Shown here piece after piece: positions 15,158 through 24,280 of a DNA stretch of 57,203 bases. This stretch comes from a virus. The stretch lies in IMG/VR virus record IMGVR_UViG_3300033153_006620, positions 1-57,203 of that record. One strand, given 5' to 3'. The notes under the pieces are model-generated. The model did not search any database, had not been told where the DNA came from, and saw nothing but the letters and a program-made list of their open reading frames with translations. Position 1 is the stretch's first letter, and every line of letters starts with the position of its first letter. The position numbers were made by a program, and so were the translations under genes.

Positions 15158-16176
15158 CTAAAAGATCCTTTATGGCTATTAGCCGGATTCATATCAAAAA
15201 CCCCTCCAATTCTATCCCACACCTTTTCGTATTCATCTGGAACTTTGGTTATGGGTTTTAAATCAGCGCCATCATAAGCGGCCATATAGTTTCGATTCCA
15301 CTTCCCGCAATGAAGTGAAGCTTTACACATCGAACATGGAAAGCCTTCGATTTCAACGCCTCTAGCAAGAGACTGAGCGTTGCGCCACATGGACATATAA
15401 GAGTCGTTAGGCCATATGTTGTTGTAACACCATTCAAATGTATCATAAACAACGTGCAGCGCATTAGTAACGTAACGCCAATATTTAGGTTTAAGATGGC
15501 AGAAAGGCTGATATCTTATAGTAGTCATAACACCTTCACTATGACAAATATCCATAGCCTCCTCAATGTATCTTTGGAGTTTTTCCGGGTGAACTGCTAT
15601 TTTCCGGGTATCCTCATGATTGTGATAATGCGGAAGAAAATTAAGCGCTACGAAATGCTTTACACCGTGGTCACATGCATACCTTGCAATATCGGGTAAT
15701 TGCTTATAATTATCTTGCTGCAAAGTGGTGTTAGAGCGCCATGGAAGCTTTTTTTCATGAAGCCAGTAAATAAGATTACCTTGGTTCTTTGCTGCTGTCT
15801 TAGTGCCTGTGACCTTATTTAAAGTGTCACCTAAGCCGTGTAGGCTTATATGCAAATGATCGAGCCCAGTTTCATATAATAATTTATACCGGTCAAGGCT
15901 CAAATTACCGCTTGTAATAATCGAAAACTTCATTTTTTGTGAGTTCACGAATTTAGTTAGATTATATATATCCGGATACATCATCGTTTCGCCCCATCCC
16001 ACAGCGACCACTTGATTACACCCACCCTCTTTGCCTATAATAATTTCACTTTTAATTTCTTCTAAAGGCTTGTCATATCCAGATTTAAAATCGTCAGAAT
16101 TGAAATGAAAACAGAAATTGCAATTATTAATACATTTCTTGGTTATTTCTATTCCTATTTTTTTACAGGGTTGCAT
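15154..16176 (-). CDS. Radical SAM enzyme
   Basis: CX3CX2C (CINNCNFC) at aa 15-22; GWGETMMYP (GGE-type SAM motif); C-terminal Cys cluster CSMCKASLHC. Confidence 0.8.
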   Translation of the reverse strand: MQPCKKIGIEITKKCINNCNFCFHFNSDDFKSGYDKPLEEIKSEIIIGKEGGCNQVVAVGWGETMMYPDIYNLTKFVNSQKMKFSIITSGNLSLDRYKLLYETGLDHLHISLHGLGDTLNKVTGTKTAAKNQGNLIYWLHEKKLPWRSNTTLQQDNYKQLPDIARYACDHGVKHFVALNFLPHYHNHEDTRKIAVHPEKLQRYIEEAMDICHSEGVMTTIRYQPFCHLKPKYWRYVTNALHVVYDTFEWCYNNIWPNDSYMSMWRNAQSLARGVEIEGFPCSMCKASLHCGKWNRNYMAAYDGADLKPITKVPDEYEKVWDRIGGVFDMNPANSHKGSFR

Positions 16177-16529
16177 TCGTATTTACCTACTGATAAAGAT
16201 TTAAGATTAAATTTTTTAACAATATTTCTTCTCATTATTTTCGCTTGTTTGCTGGCCAGAGAACTTTCACAGGAATCAATAGGAATGGACTTTCCTGTAG
16301 GGATACCGCCGTGAAGCCATGTACCATTATTCATTCTGCTAATAAATTCTTTTTGCTTTCTTACGTATGCTTTGAAATTCAGGGAATTAATAACCTTTTT
16401 CATCGATAAAGCGGTTATATTCATTTGTTTTGTGAGTTTATTAAAACATTTAACTGTAATTTCAACTCTCCTCGCAAAGCGTTTTACAGGGCTTTCTAGT
16501 GAGTGATATGTGTTTTCAGTTTCTAGCAC
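16155..16529 (-). CDS. Hypothetical protein
   Basis: GTG start right after AGGAGAGGG; overlaps the radical-SAM start. Confidence 0.5.
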   Translation of the reverse strand: MLETENTYHSLESPVKRFARRVEITVKCFNKLTKQMNITALSMKKVINSLNFKAYVRKQKEFISRMNNGTWLHGGIPTGKSIPIDSCESSLASKQAKIMRRNIVKKFNLKSLSVGKYECNPVKK

Positions 16530-17834
16530 TCACCCTCTCCTAACTAATTCATGATACAACGTTTTACTAGTCCAGTTATTAACAATAAGCTCAAAATCCG
16601 GTATTCTTTCTTTATAGTAAATAGATTTTGTATTGAGCCAATTATCAAGATACACCTGGGTATGAGCTACTGATTGCATTATCATATCCACATCTACATC
16701 AACTAACTTTCCCTTTTTCCATTTATAGTCTGTGATTTTGAAATGAGGTTCAAGCAATCCAATGGCTGTCATATCCCTATTCATCCTAATAAAATTCTGA
16801 TAGCACTCTTCAACATTAGGCTTTGTTTCTGCCATCATATCACCTGGAACCCACTCGGATAAGTCGCCGATTCTTTCCCCCTTTTTGTTCACAATGATTT
16901 TTTCCGTTCTTGCAAAATGTTGAGGCATTGAATTTAATATGTAATACATACCATCACTTAATAATCCGGTATCGTATTTAGTTCTTAAATTACCTATCCT
17001 CATCATGCTGTCAGGGTCTCTTGCTGGATTAGCCTCTAAACGTACGCCACATTCTTTTATACGTGCTTGCACTTCCTCATCTTCAATGTACTCCATGTCG
17101 GGTAAGACTCTTATAAACACAACAACATACCGACCCCTCTCACTGGGAGAAACTCTTAGCATCCTAAAATGAGGTTGCAAAGCATCTATGATTTTTTCTA
17201 AACAAAAGTCTTCTTTTTGCTTTGGCGTCCAATTTCCTTCTTTGGCAAATACTTTACAACTCGAATCATTACTTGATATAGGACCATCCAGAATTAAATA
17301 TTTCTCAGTCAATGCGGCAAGTTTTTTTGCCCACAAATAAGGCTCTGCACCGTATAGCAACGCGTCTTTATAAAAATGATGAATGACAGATCCACAGTAG
17401 ACAACATCAAATTTATTATAAAAGGCTCCACAATATTTTAATAAGCAATCATTAGCCTTCTTGAGTCCTTCATAATCCAGATTATTAAAATATTCCCATG
17501 ATTTGTCAATGCTAATGTCTCGCATTTCACCATGAATAAATTTGATATTATCAATGTTATGATATTTTCTTACATCCTCTGAAAATTGATGATATTCCGG
17601 GGCCACCTCATACCCCACTACTTTATCAAACAAATGCCTATACCCAAAGCACATCAAACCTTTGTTTGAGCCTATATCAAGTAATGTTTCACCACCCTGC
17701 AATAATTCTGGCATAGTCTTTTTTGCAAGCTCAAATCTATTTACGGATTCACTTCCATAAGGCTTAAGAGTTTCTATGTTATAATGTTGATTCCCTGGGT
17801 ATGTTAATTCTACCTCTCTTTGTGCTAGGCTCAT
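16530..17834 (-). CDS. Class I SAM-dependent methyltransferase with a large C-terminal domain of unknown function
   Basis: Motif I LLDIGSNKGLMCFG and acidic post-I VVGYEV. Confidence 0.65.
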   Translation of the reverse strand: MSLAQREVELTYPGNQHYNIETLKPYGSESVNRFELAKKTMPELLQGGETLLDIGSNKGLMCFGYRHLFDKVVGYEVAPEYHQFSEDVRKYHNIDNIKFIHGEMRDISIDKSWEYFNNLDYEGLKKANDCLLKYCGAFYNKFDVVYCGSVIHHFYKDALLYGAEPYLWAKKLAALTEKYLILDGPISSNDSSCKVFAKEGNWTPKQKEDFCLEKIIDALQPHFRMLRVSPSERGRYVVVFIRVLPDMEYIEDEEVQARIKECGVRLEANPARDPDSMMRIGNLRTKYDTGLLSDGMYYILNSMPQHFARTEKIIVNKKGERIGDLSEWVPGDMMAETKPNVEECYQNFIRMNRDMTAIGLLEPHFKITDYKWKKGKLVDVDVDMIMQSVAHTQVYLDNWLNTKSIYYKERIPDFELIVNNWTSKTLYHELVRRG

Positions 17835-18553
17835 GCTTTCCTTTCTGGTATTTCAATTACCGGTTTTTTCTGTTTAAATAAAAGCTGTGAATGAACGATC
17901 CTTATAGGACGGTCTCCATTTATCTTTCTAAATAATGCCAAATCTTCCCTATGTATTCTATGGGCAGTATCCCTCGATCTCTCCCTTACTATAACACCGC
18001 CTCTATGTTCCGTATTTGTTGCGTCTGAAAACGACCATTTCTCAATCCCATATTTCTGGACAAATCTCAATTGGTGTTCTAAATCACCTATGTATAAATT
18101 GTACCTCCAATCCACAGGACATTCTAGATAAGTCTCTGTAGTCATGATAAAAGAATATAACATAAACCCGGCAGCTATTGACCTTTTCCGGACTTCCCGG
18201 CCTGAATAATATTGATTAATCATAAGCATGTGACCGTCTTGATATCCCCTTAGATGGTCCTCTAGCCATGCGGGATTAGGAAATGTCATGTCTTGGTGAA
18301 TATACGCCATGTATTTAGTTTTAACCTTTAACGCCCCTATGTGGAAAGCTTCGAATACTCCCACCCGTTCTTTTAAATAAATGGTATCGATTCCGCGCCC
18401 ACGTAAATATTCTAATGTTTCGGGATTAGAGAAATTATCAACAACTAATAATTTGTAAGGATAATTCGTTTTTTCGAGAGAATTTAAACAATTCACAGTG
18501 TCATCCAACCCATTATAAGTAACCATTACAATTGTGATATCTTTATTTTCCAT
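17831..18553 (-). CDS. Family-2 glycosyltransferase
   Basis: ITIVMVTYNG..CLNSL...LLVVDNFSNPET N-terminal GT2 signature. Confidence 0.7.
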   Translation of the reverse strand: MENKDITIVMVTYNGLDDTVNCLNSLEKTNYPYKLLVVDNFSNPETLEYLRGRGIDTIYLKERVGVFEAFHIGALKVKTKYMAYIHQDMTFPNPAWLEDHLRGYQDGHMLMINQYYSGREVRKRSIAAGFMLYSFIMTTETYLECPVDWRYNLYIGDLEHQLRFVQKYGIEKWSFSDATNTEHRGGVIVRERSRDTAHRIHREDLALFRKINGDRPIRIVHSQLLFKQKKPVIEIPERKA

Positions 18554-18566
18554 AAATTAATCTGCC

Positions 18567-19121
18567 TTATTTTTTTAAGAATACGGTTATAGATCCGATC
18601 GTATCGATTCTTTTTATGTCCTGTCTTGTTAATAATTCCGCAACCATATATTTGTTCACAGACCACTCATTATGGGTGCTATCATGCAATAGAATATGCC
18701 CTCCATTTTCAATTTTCGGAAACCAAGATTCAAAATCATTTTTCACACCTTTATATGAATGGTCCGCGTCTATGAATAGAAAATCTATGCTTTTATCATC
18801 GAATAAATTGGCTGATTCGGATGTATTTTTTTTATACACATCAATATTATGTTTCTGTGCTAAAATATTTTTAACATCTTTGTAATAATGCGGTTCATCT
18901 TTAAATAAGTCTTTGTAATGCGATTTCGTTCCACATTCTATTTTATCGATATCTTCAAATATATCAAACGTAGATACCTTGGCTGCTATTTCTGATAGAA
19001 CCCAAGCCCCTCCCCCGAAATAAGTTCCAAGCTCAACAGCATGTTTTTTTTTCGTCGCGTATTTTTTTAAACAAGCCACATCCCGAGATCCAAGAAGCTT
19101 TTTTGGTGCAGGTTTAATCAT
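18567..19121 (-). CDS. Class I SAM-dependent methyltransferase (small O-methyltransferase type)
   Basis: VELGTYFGGGAWVLS motif I and FLFIDADHSY..GGHILLHD. Confidence 0.7.
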   Translation of the reverse strand: MIKPAPKKLLGSRDVACLKKYATKKKHAVELGTYFGGGAWVLSEIAAKVSTFDIFEDIDKIECGTKSHYKDLFKDEPHYYKDVKNILAQKHNIDVYKKNTSESANLFDDKSIDFLFIDADHSYKGVKNDFESWFPKIENGGHILLHDSTHNEWSVNKYMVAELLTRQDIKRIDTIGSITVFLKK

Positions 19122-19179
19122 TATTCACCGGAGAACGTGGTTTGCCTTTCATTGGCGGTTGCATAGGTAATGTCATTTG

Positions 19180-19812
19180 TCATTCCCTCACGTAAATCTC
19201 ATTAATATCCAAATCAATTATTTTAACATACCCGTTATCATTCATAAGCTTTTCAATGGGGAATGTTTTAAAGTTGTTTTCGATGTCAAATACTTCGATA
19301 TCGTATGTACAGAAACCATTAGCCTTTGAGAAAGCTTCTAATAGTGGATATTCTGCACCCTCTACATCAATACTCATATAGTCTATATGACACATTTTGG
19401 CCTCATACAACGCATCGTATAGAGGGACCATTTGAACTTTAGTGGTTTCTATTTGTGACGGAGCAATGTGTTTATCCATACGCTCTTTGTGCTTGTCTTC
19501 GATATAATCTTCTACACCTGACCATCCAATCAATCCACCGCTAACAGATGTAAAATTAACCATAGCTTTCTTGTCACCTATAGCATAATTAAGACATTTA
19601 CAATCCCGGTTTTTTGTTAGCTGCTTGTATGACTCTGGATGAGGTTCTATACATAAACCAGTCCATCCCATTTCACGCTCGAAATAAAGGCTGTTAGAGT
19701 GTAGCAAGCCATCGAGAGCGCCGAATTCGACAAATACCCCGTCTTGTTTGCCTTTGAATAGGTTTTCTGATAGCCATTTATCCTGGTTGTGTTCGCTTGA
19801 GTATTTATTCAT
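19180..19812 (-). CDS. FkbM-family methyltransferase
   Basis: VFVEFGALDG..GLCIEPHPESYKQLTKN..IDYMSIDVEGAEYPLL pattern. Confidence 0.7.
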   Translation of the reverse strand: MNKYSSEHNQDKWLSENLFKGKQDGVFVEFGALDGLLHSNSLYFEREMGWTGLCIEPHPESYKQLTKNRDCKCLNYAIGDKKAMVNFTSVSGGLIGWSGVEDYIEDKHKERMDKHIAPSQIETTKVQMVPLYDALYEAKMCHIDYMSIDVEGAEYPLLEAFSKANGFCTYDIEVFDIENNFKTFPIEKLMNDNGYVKIIDLDINEIYVRE

Positions 19813-20323
19813 TATTTTCCTTTTCTAGCCAGTTCATGATATCACCCAAATAGTCAGTATGCATTATAATACCGTCTTTGCGTTGGTTCTGATTCCATTG
19901 TTCGTATTTTTTAAAATAGAATTTAAACATAGCTTTTATTAATTGATCTTCGCGCTTTTCCATATCAATTGAGCCATGCAATATTACTGCTTTATTATCT
20001 GGAAAAACGTGCTCTAAATGTTCCTTTACCTTGTTATGCTCCCTATTACAAACGTTCGGCATTGTCAAAACGATAATATCACCTTTTTTCAAATTGAGTT
20101 TGCTTATCGATTGTATTTGTGGTACGCCTAGCCATTCCCCTAGAAAATCATAGAGTTTTTGAGCTTCGGGCTTAGTGAGTTGTACAGAATCATCACAACG
20201 ATAATCCTTATCTTCAACAAATTCACTTGGTCCCGATCTTAGGTGTAATTCATTTTCTTCAATGAAAAACATTAATGAATCCCCATCATTCTGTTTTATC
20301 ACTTTTATTGGTTTGTCAGTCAT
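19805..20323 (-). CDS. Hypothetical protein (start moved to ATG 20323)
   Basis: AAGGAACATAAAA precedes ATG 20323. Confidence 0.55.
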   Translation of the reverse strand: MTDKPIKVIKQNDGDSLMFFIEENELHLRSGPSEFVEDKDYRCDDSVQLTKPEAQKLYDFLGEWLGVPQIQSISKLNLKKGDIIVLTMPNVCNREHNKVKEHLEHVFPDNKAVILHGSIDMEKREDQLIKAMFKFYFKKYEQWNQNQRKDGIIMHTDYLGDIMNWLEKENNE

Positions 20324-20470
20324 TTTTATGTTCCTTACCTTTGCATATATTCCGATCTTTGTTGCACCCATGGCATGGACATTCCCCTGAATTAATCAGC
20401 GCCATAACTAGATGCCCACGCAAAGTACAATCTTTAGGTATATATCCTTGACTAATAGCCATTTTCAGCA

Positions 20471-21862
20471 TTATATCATCCATTTTTTCACAATCTCACT
20501 TTCCCGAACTGAAACCGGCAAATCTTTTAATTCAATAACTTTAACACCTTTCCACGCTTTTTCATGTCCTTCGGCGGTATGAAAATTATCAGCATTAGGT
20601 AATTTATCCCATTTCTCCCTTTTCCATTCAACCAAATCAACATGCCCATAAGCGTCCTTTTCAGCTTCATAAATATTTTCAATCTTTTGGAATAGTGTTT
20701 TTTCGTCTTCCCTAACATAAGTAAAATGATGGAATCTAAAATCATTGCATCTCAATACCCCCTGTATACCACATCCTCGGTGCCCTTTAAAGCTGTTTGA
20801 TTGCAACCTATAAAGCACGATAGGAGCTAATGATTCAGGCGGTGATATCCTATAGAAAGGTGATTTTATGTAAGTGTGCATAAAACAGGAATAAGCATTG
20901 GCTTTCTGATTTTCATTAGCAAAATGTATTATTCCTTTTAAATCTTTTCCAGGCCAAACCTCATCGGTATCGAAGAAAAGACATAATTTAGCGTCAAAGT
21001 TTTTTATTATATAATCCAGGCCGAAAAGATATTGCTTTAATTGATTCTGAGATGTGTAATCTAGATTGACTATTTTATTCTCATTGTCATGCGATTTAGC
21101 CCATTTTTCAATTATTGGCTTGACATCATTACCCCACTCCCCGCACCAAGACAAATCTGAATGCACAAATACAATCTTTTCGACATGAGGATATATGCCT
21201 TCAATAGCCGGGATTATAAACTCTTTTCCCCGCCACACCTTGCATAATGCCACAACTTTTTCCATTTTTGCTCCCCATTTTTTCTGAAAATATGCTTTGT
21301 TGGTATTCCAATAGAATCCGCCCTGGTTTTTTGCTTCGTTTAAATGAGTTAATTTGCACCGGTTATCAGTTACGAAATACTTATCATGTCCGTATTTTTC
21401 TAGCATTTGCCTACAAAAATCATCGTCTTCAAATCCACTACCGATAAATCCTTCATCGAATCGTAATTCGGATTTTCGGAAAGCTATACACGCGGTAGGG
21501 ATTTTCGTTGAAGCTATTAAGTCAACATTTAAATCATAGTTTTCCACCATTGTATAAGCGCATTTACCGTTTTTATTCATTAGCCGGGCAGATGATATTA
21601 TTACATTTTCATCGGTTAATAAAGCCCGGACCAAATCGATATCCCACCCCCAATAGAACCCGGTCATATCATCATCCATCATTATAACGATGTCTGAAGT
21701 GGCCCTGGCAAGCCCTTCGTTACGATTTTCAGAAGCACTGCCATCTATCCCGGTGAAAATTATCTGGCCTTCAGATACGCGGGTTAACGCTACGTCATTA
21801 ACCTGATTTTGAACTTCAGATAAATGTTTGCATGATGGAATTATGATGTCAATTTTAATCAT
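20471..21862 (-). CDS. Two-domain glycosyltransferase (N-terminal GT2 with DDD; second GT-A-like half)
   Basis: IDIIIPS..GIDGSASENRNEG..IVIMMDDDM; the second half has LCLFFDTDEVW (DXD-like). Confidence 0.65.
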   Translation of the reverse strand: MIKIDIIIPSCKHLSEVQNQVNDVALTRVSEGQIIFTGIDGSASENRNEGLARATSDIVIMMDDDMTGFYWGWDIDLVRALLTDENVIISSARLMNKNGKCAYTMVENYDLNVDLIASTKIPTACIAFRKSELRFDEGFIGSGFEDDDFCRQMLEKYGHDKYFVTDNRCKLTHLNEAKNQGGFYWNTNKAYFQKKWGAKMEKVVALCKVWRGKEFIIPAIEGIYPHVEKIVFVHSDLSWCGEWGNDVKPIIEKWAKSHDNENKIVNLDYTSQNQLKQYLFGLDYIIKNFDAKLCLFFDTDEVWPGKDLKGIIHFANENQKANAYSCFMHTYIKSPFYRISPPESLAPIVLYRLQSNSFKGHRGCGIQGVLRCNDFRFHHFTYVREDEKTLFQKIENIYEAEKDAYGHVDLVEWKREKWDKLPNADNFHTAEGHEKAWKGVKVIELKDLPVSVRESEIVKKWMI

Positions 21863-22236
21863 TTTAAAAATTCTTTCCAGTTGCTATTCTGCAATATATG
21901 AAAATACGATCCGTCAACGAACCCCTTATAAAATTCATCTTCCGTACATTTTACATTTATCCGGTACATGCCAGATTTAAAAGCCGATAAAAAATGTAGC
22001 GGCGGTTTTTTTATAAAAAGAGAACTACTAGGCGAACAATAATAAAATGAGTGATCTTCGCCATTGCGCGTGTAGTCGTACCCACGTCCGTCAAACTCTA
22101 CAATTTGTTTTAAAAAATAAATGTGATACGTTATAGCACAATCGCTGCCGTAAGACGAACATCCCTCGGGATTCATCAAAAGCATATAAGGCCTTATTTT
22201 ATGACCGTCTTTTGTTTTTAGTGATAATTCTTTCAT
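21859..22236 (-). CDS. Hypothetical protein
   Basis: 4-nt overlaps with both flanking glycosyltransferase genes. Confidence 0.6.
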   Translation of the reverse strand: MKELSLKTKDGHKIRPYMLLMNPEGCSSYGSDCAITYHIYFLKQIVEFDGRGYDYTRNGEDHSFYYCSPSSSLFIKKPPLHFLSAFKSGMYRINVKCTEDEFYKGFVDGSYFHILQNSNWKEFLK

Positions 22237-23015
22237 CTTTTCAGCTTCAAATAAAGTTCATTCTCAATAAAACTTGATGCTTCAATACCGTGCAATTCTT
22301 TAATTTTCAGAAGCCCTTTTTTAGTAGTCTCAAGGTCAAATTTTCCATTATCCCGGTGATGCACATAAACGGAGGTATCAACAAAGGGATGAAGTTTATT
22401 TTTCGCGGCCCTTATGATCCATTCTGTTAAGCAAATATCTTCCGGCAAATCCTCGAATTCCCCAACAAAATCCCACATTACACGGTGTATTAAAAAGCAG
22501 AAACTTGATATTTTCATAGGAGCCACTTTTTTAGTGTACTCCCTGGTGACTTCTGATTGAATCTCTGCAACGGACCTTATATCATTGACTACTTTGTATT
22601 CCTCATATGATTTTAAAGCCTGGTCGGAGTTAGATGAACATGTCAGAGGGCCTATGCATGATGCCATAGGCTTTGTCTTTATCCCTTCAAATAAATTCAC
22701 ATTCCACATCGGGGAAACTATTGTGTCATCATGGAGTACTATGACCAATTGAAGCTCATTTTCTTTAACTTTCCGGGTTTTCATCATACCGGCATTAACC
22801 GATAAAGCAAAACTAAGCTTTTCTTTTGAAAGAATATAACGGGTTTTCTGAAAATAATTATTCCAAAAGTAACCTTTACGGATTCCAGAGTGCCCGACTA
22901 CAATAATTTCATAATCTCCGCCGGTATTTTCTCTTACGGATTTTAAGCATAAATCAAGATTAGTCTGGTTGGTGGCTACGATTATAATAGAATATTTAGG
23001 TTTCAATTTTCTCAC
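22233..23015 (-). CDS. Family-2 glycosyltransferase
   Basis: YSIIIVATNQ..CLKSV..YEIIVVGH and VLHDD (DXD). Confidence 0.7.
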   Translation of the reverse strand: MRKLKPKYSIIIVATNQTNLDLCLKSVRENTGGDYEIIVVGHSGIRKGYFWNNYFQKTRYILSKEKLSFALSVNAGMMKTRKVKENELQLVIVLHDDTIVSPMWNVNLFEGIKTKPMASCIGPLTCSSNSDQALKSYEEYKVVNDIRSVAEIQSEVTREYTKKVAPMKISSFCFLIHRVMWDFVGEFEDLPEDICLTEWIIRAAKNKLHPFVDTSVYVHHRDNGKFDLETTKKGLLKIKELHGIEASSFIENELYLKLKR

Positions 23016-23139
23016 CTTTTTTTAATTTGCTTAACATTTGGTTATAAGTAATCTTTACACCATGCTTTTTTCCGAAGCTTTTTTGAACTGATTTAAGCCA
23101 GGCATAAATTTTATCTGATATACGGATTGTTTTAGACAT
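22996..23139 (-). CDS. Small ribbon-helix-helix-like protein (47 aa), first gene of the glyco cassette
   Basis: MSKTIRISDKIYAWLKSVQKSFGKKHGVKITYNQMLSKLKKGEKIET. This reading is more plausible than the 67-aa ORF 23055..23258 in another frame. Confidence 0.35.
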   Translation of the reverse strand: MSKTIRISDKIYAWLKSVQKSFGKKHGVKITYNQMLSKLKKGEKIET

Positions 23140-23319
23140 AATAGCTCTTTTAAAATTTCAGAACTGACGATGCGATATAGCTGTTGAGTATTGACGTACT
23201 CCAGACAAAACCGCAGGGAAGGGTAAAGCCCTAGAAAACATGAATCCTTCTTTTCCACATATCGTTTTACACGTCACTATAAAATTAATATTTGGCATCA
23301 CAATCAAAATAACACAAAA

Positions 23320-23335
23320 GTAGACTCAAGTCTAC
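23320..23335 (-). terminator. Perfect palindromic hairpin GTAGACT-TG-AGTCTAC flanked by T-runs and A-runs (bidirectional terminator type)
   Basis: Read directly; minus-sense context is UUUUU-hairpin-UUUUGUG. Confidence 0.55.
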
Positions 23336-23354
23336 AAAAATCGTATATTATTTT

Positions 23355-23413
23355 GAAAAGGGGCTAAAGATGCTGAAAAAGAGCCCCCAAATCAGCGTAA
23401 ATTCTTTAGCCCC
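23355..23413 (-). terminator. Terminator after the late operon: 11-bp stem GGGGCTAAAGA/TCTTTAGCCCC with a nested GCTGA/TCAGC hairpin, followed by UUUUC
   Basis: Inverted repeats at 23360-23370 and 23403-23413; begins 10 nt after the stop of gene 23423-24280. Confidence 0.6.
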
Positions 23414-23422
23414 CGAAGGAAA

Positions 23423-24280
23423 TTATTTTGATTCTGGTGTTGCTGTGCAAACGGATAATCTTTTCACTTCCGTTTCAAGCTCTAAAATCTTTTGTTCTTT
23501 ATCCCCGACTTCCGATTTTAGCTTTTCAATTTCCAATTGTAATTTCAGTCCATGATTATAAACCCGGACATACTCATCATTTTTCAGTGAATCCAATTTG
23601 CTTGAAGCTTCTTTGTACTCCAATAGATTTTTTGGTGGCTGGCTCTTTGTTTCTTTGTCCATCTCAGATTTCCTTTCTCTTTTTTGAACGTGGTTGGCTT
23701 TAAAATTGTCATCTAAATATAGTTTAAATCCGTGACTACGCATATATAAACAAAACCCGTAATCCCAACATGAATATTTTATTACACCGTCCTTCTCGAA
23801 TTTATAAGGGTGAAACCATTCTTCCTTAGATGTAGCTTTCAGAGACTCCATAGAAATCATTAATGCACCTTCAGCACTGAAATCTATTTCCCGGAAGCCG
23901 TGGGATTCATCGGATTTGAGATAATTAAAACTATTATCTTTGTCTATAGTTCCCATGTTTAATAATTTTCTTCGTCCTTGGCGTTGAATCCATGGCGTTA
24001 ATATGTGTATCTTTTTATTAACCATTACATCAACCATTTCCTCAGCTTGTTCAATATTAAATTCCTGGTCACTATCCCACATCCACAGATAGTCAAAATC
24101 AGAATCTAAATGTTTTTGGCAAACCATATTCCTAGCCGCCATAATATTAGTGCATTCGCAAAACTTATGCTCGAATGTATGGTTCTTGGATTTGGATAAG
24201 GATTTAATAAATTTAATAGCAGGTATTGAATCCGCTTTCCGAAGGCTTCTAATTAATGTTATCACTAATATTTTCATCAT
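23423..24280 (-). CDS. GT-A-like glycosyltransferase with a C-terminal coiled coil, translationally coupled to the tail fibre gene
   Basis: Start MMKILVITL overlaps the fibre stop (ATGA at 24277-24280); DXD-like WMWDSDQEF; K/E heptad-like tail. Confidence 0.55.
   Translation of the reverse strand: MMKILVITLIRSLRKADSIPAIKFIKSLSKSKNHTFEHKFCECTNIMAARNMVCQKHLDSDFDYLWMWDSDQEFNIEQAEEMVDVMVNKKIHILTPWIQRQGRRKLLNMGTIDKDNSFNYLKSDESHGFREIDFSAEGALMISMESLKATSKEEWFHPYKFEKDGVIKYSCWDYGFCLYMRSHGFKLYLDDNFKANHVQKRERKSEMDKETKSQPPKNLLEYKEASSKLDSLKNDEYVRVYNHGLKLQLEIEKLKSEVGDKEQKILELETEVKRLSVCTATPESK

Noticed and set aside
16527-16532. In-frame TGA between the 434-aa methyltransferase and the 124-aa ORF as a second readthrough or recoding site
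   Set aside because: The downstream ORF begins with GTG directly after a strong AGGAGAGGG Shine-Dalgarno, so ordinary termination-reinitiation explains it.
23055-23258. 67-aa ORF from the track in the cassette/late-operon intergenic region
   Set aside because: It has no RBS and an odd composition, and it spans the likely promoter region. The 47-aa RHH-like ORF (22996-23139) in another frame is a better reading, though it is itself only moderately supported.
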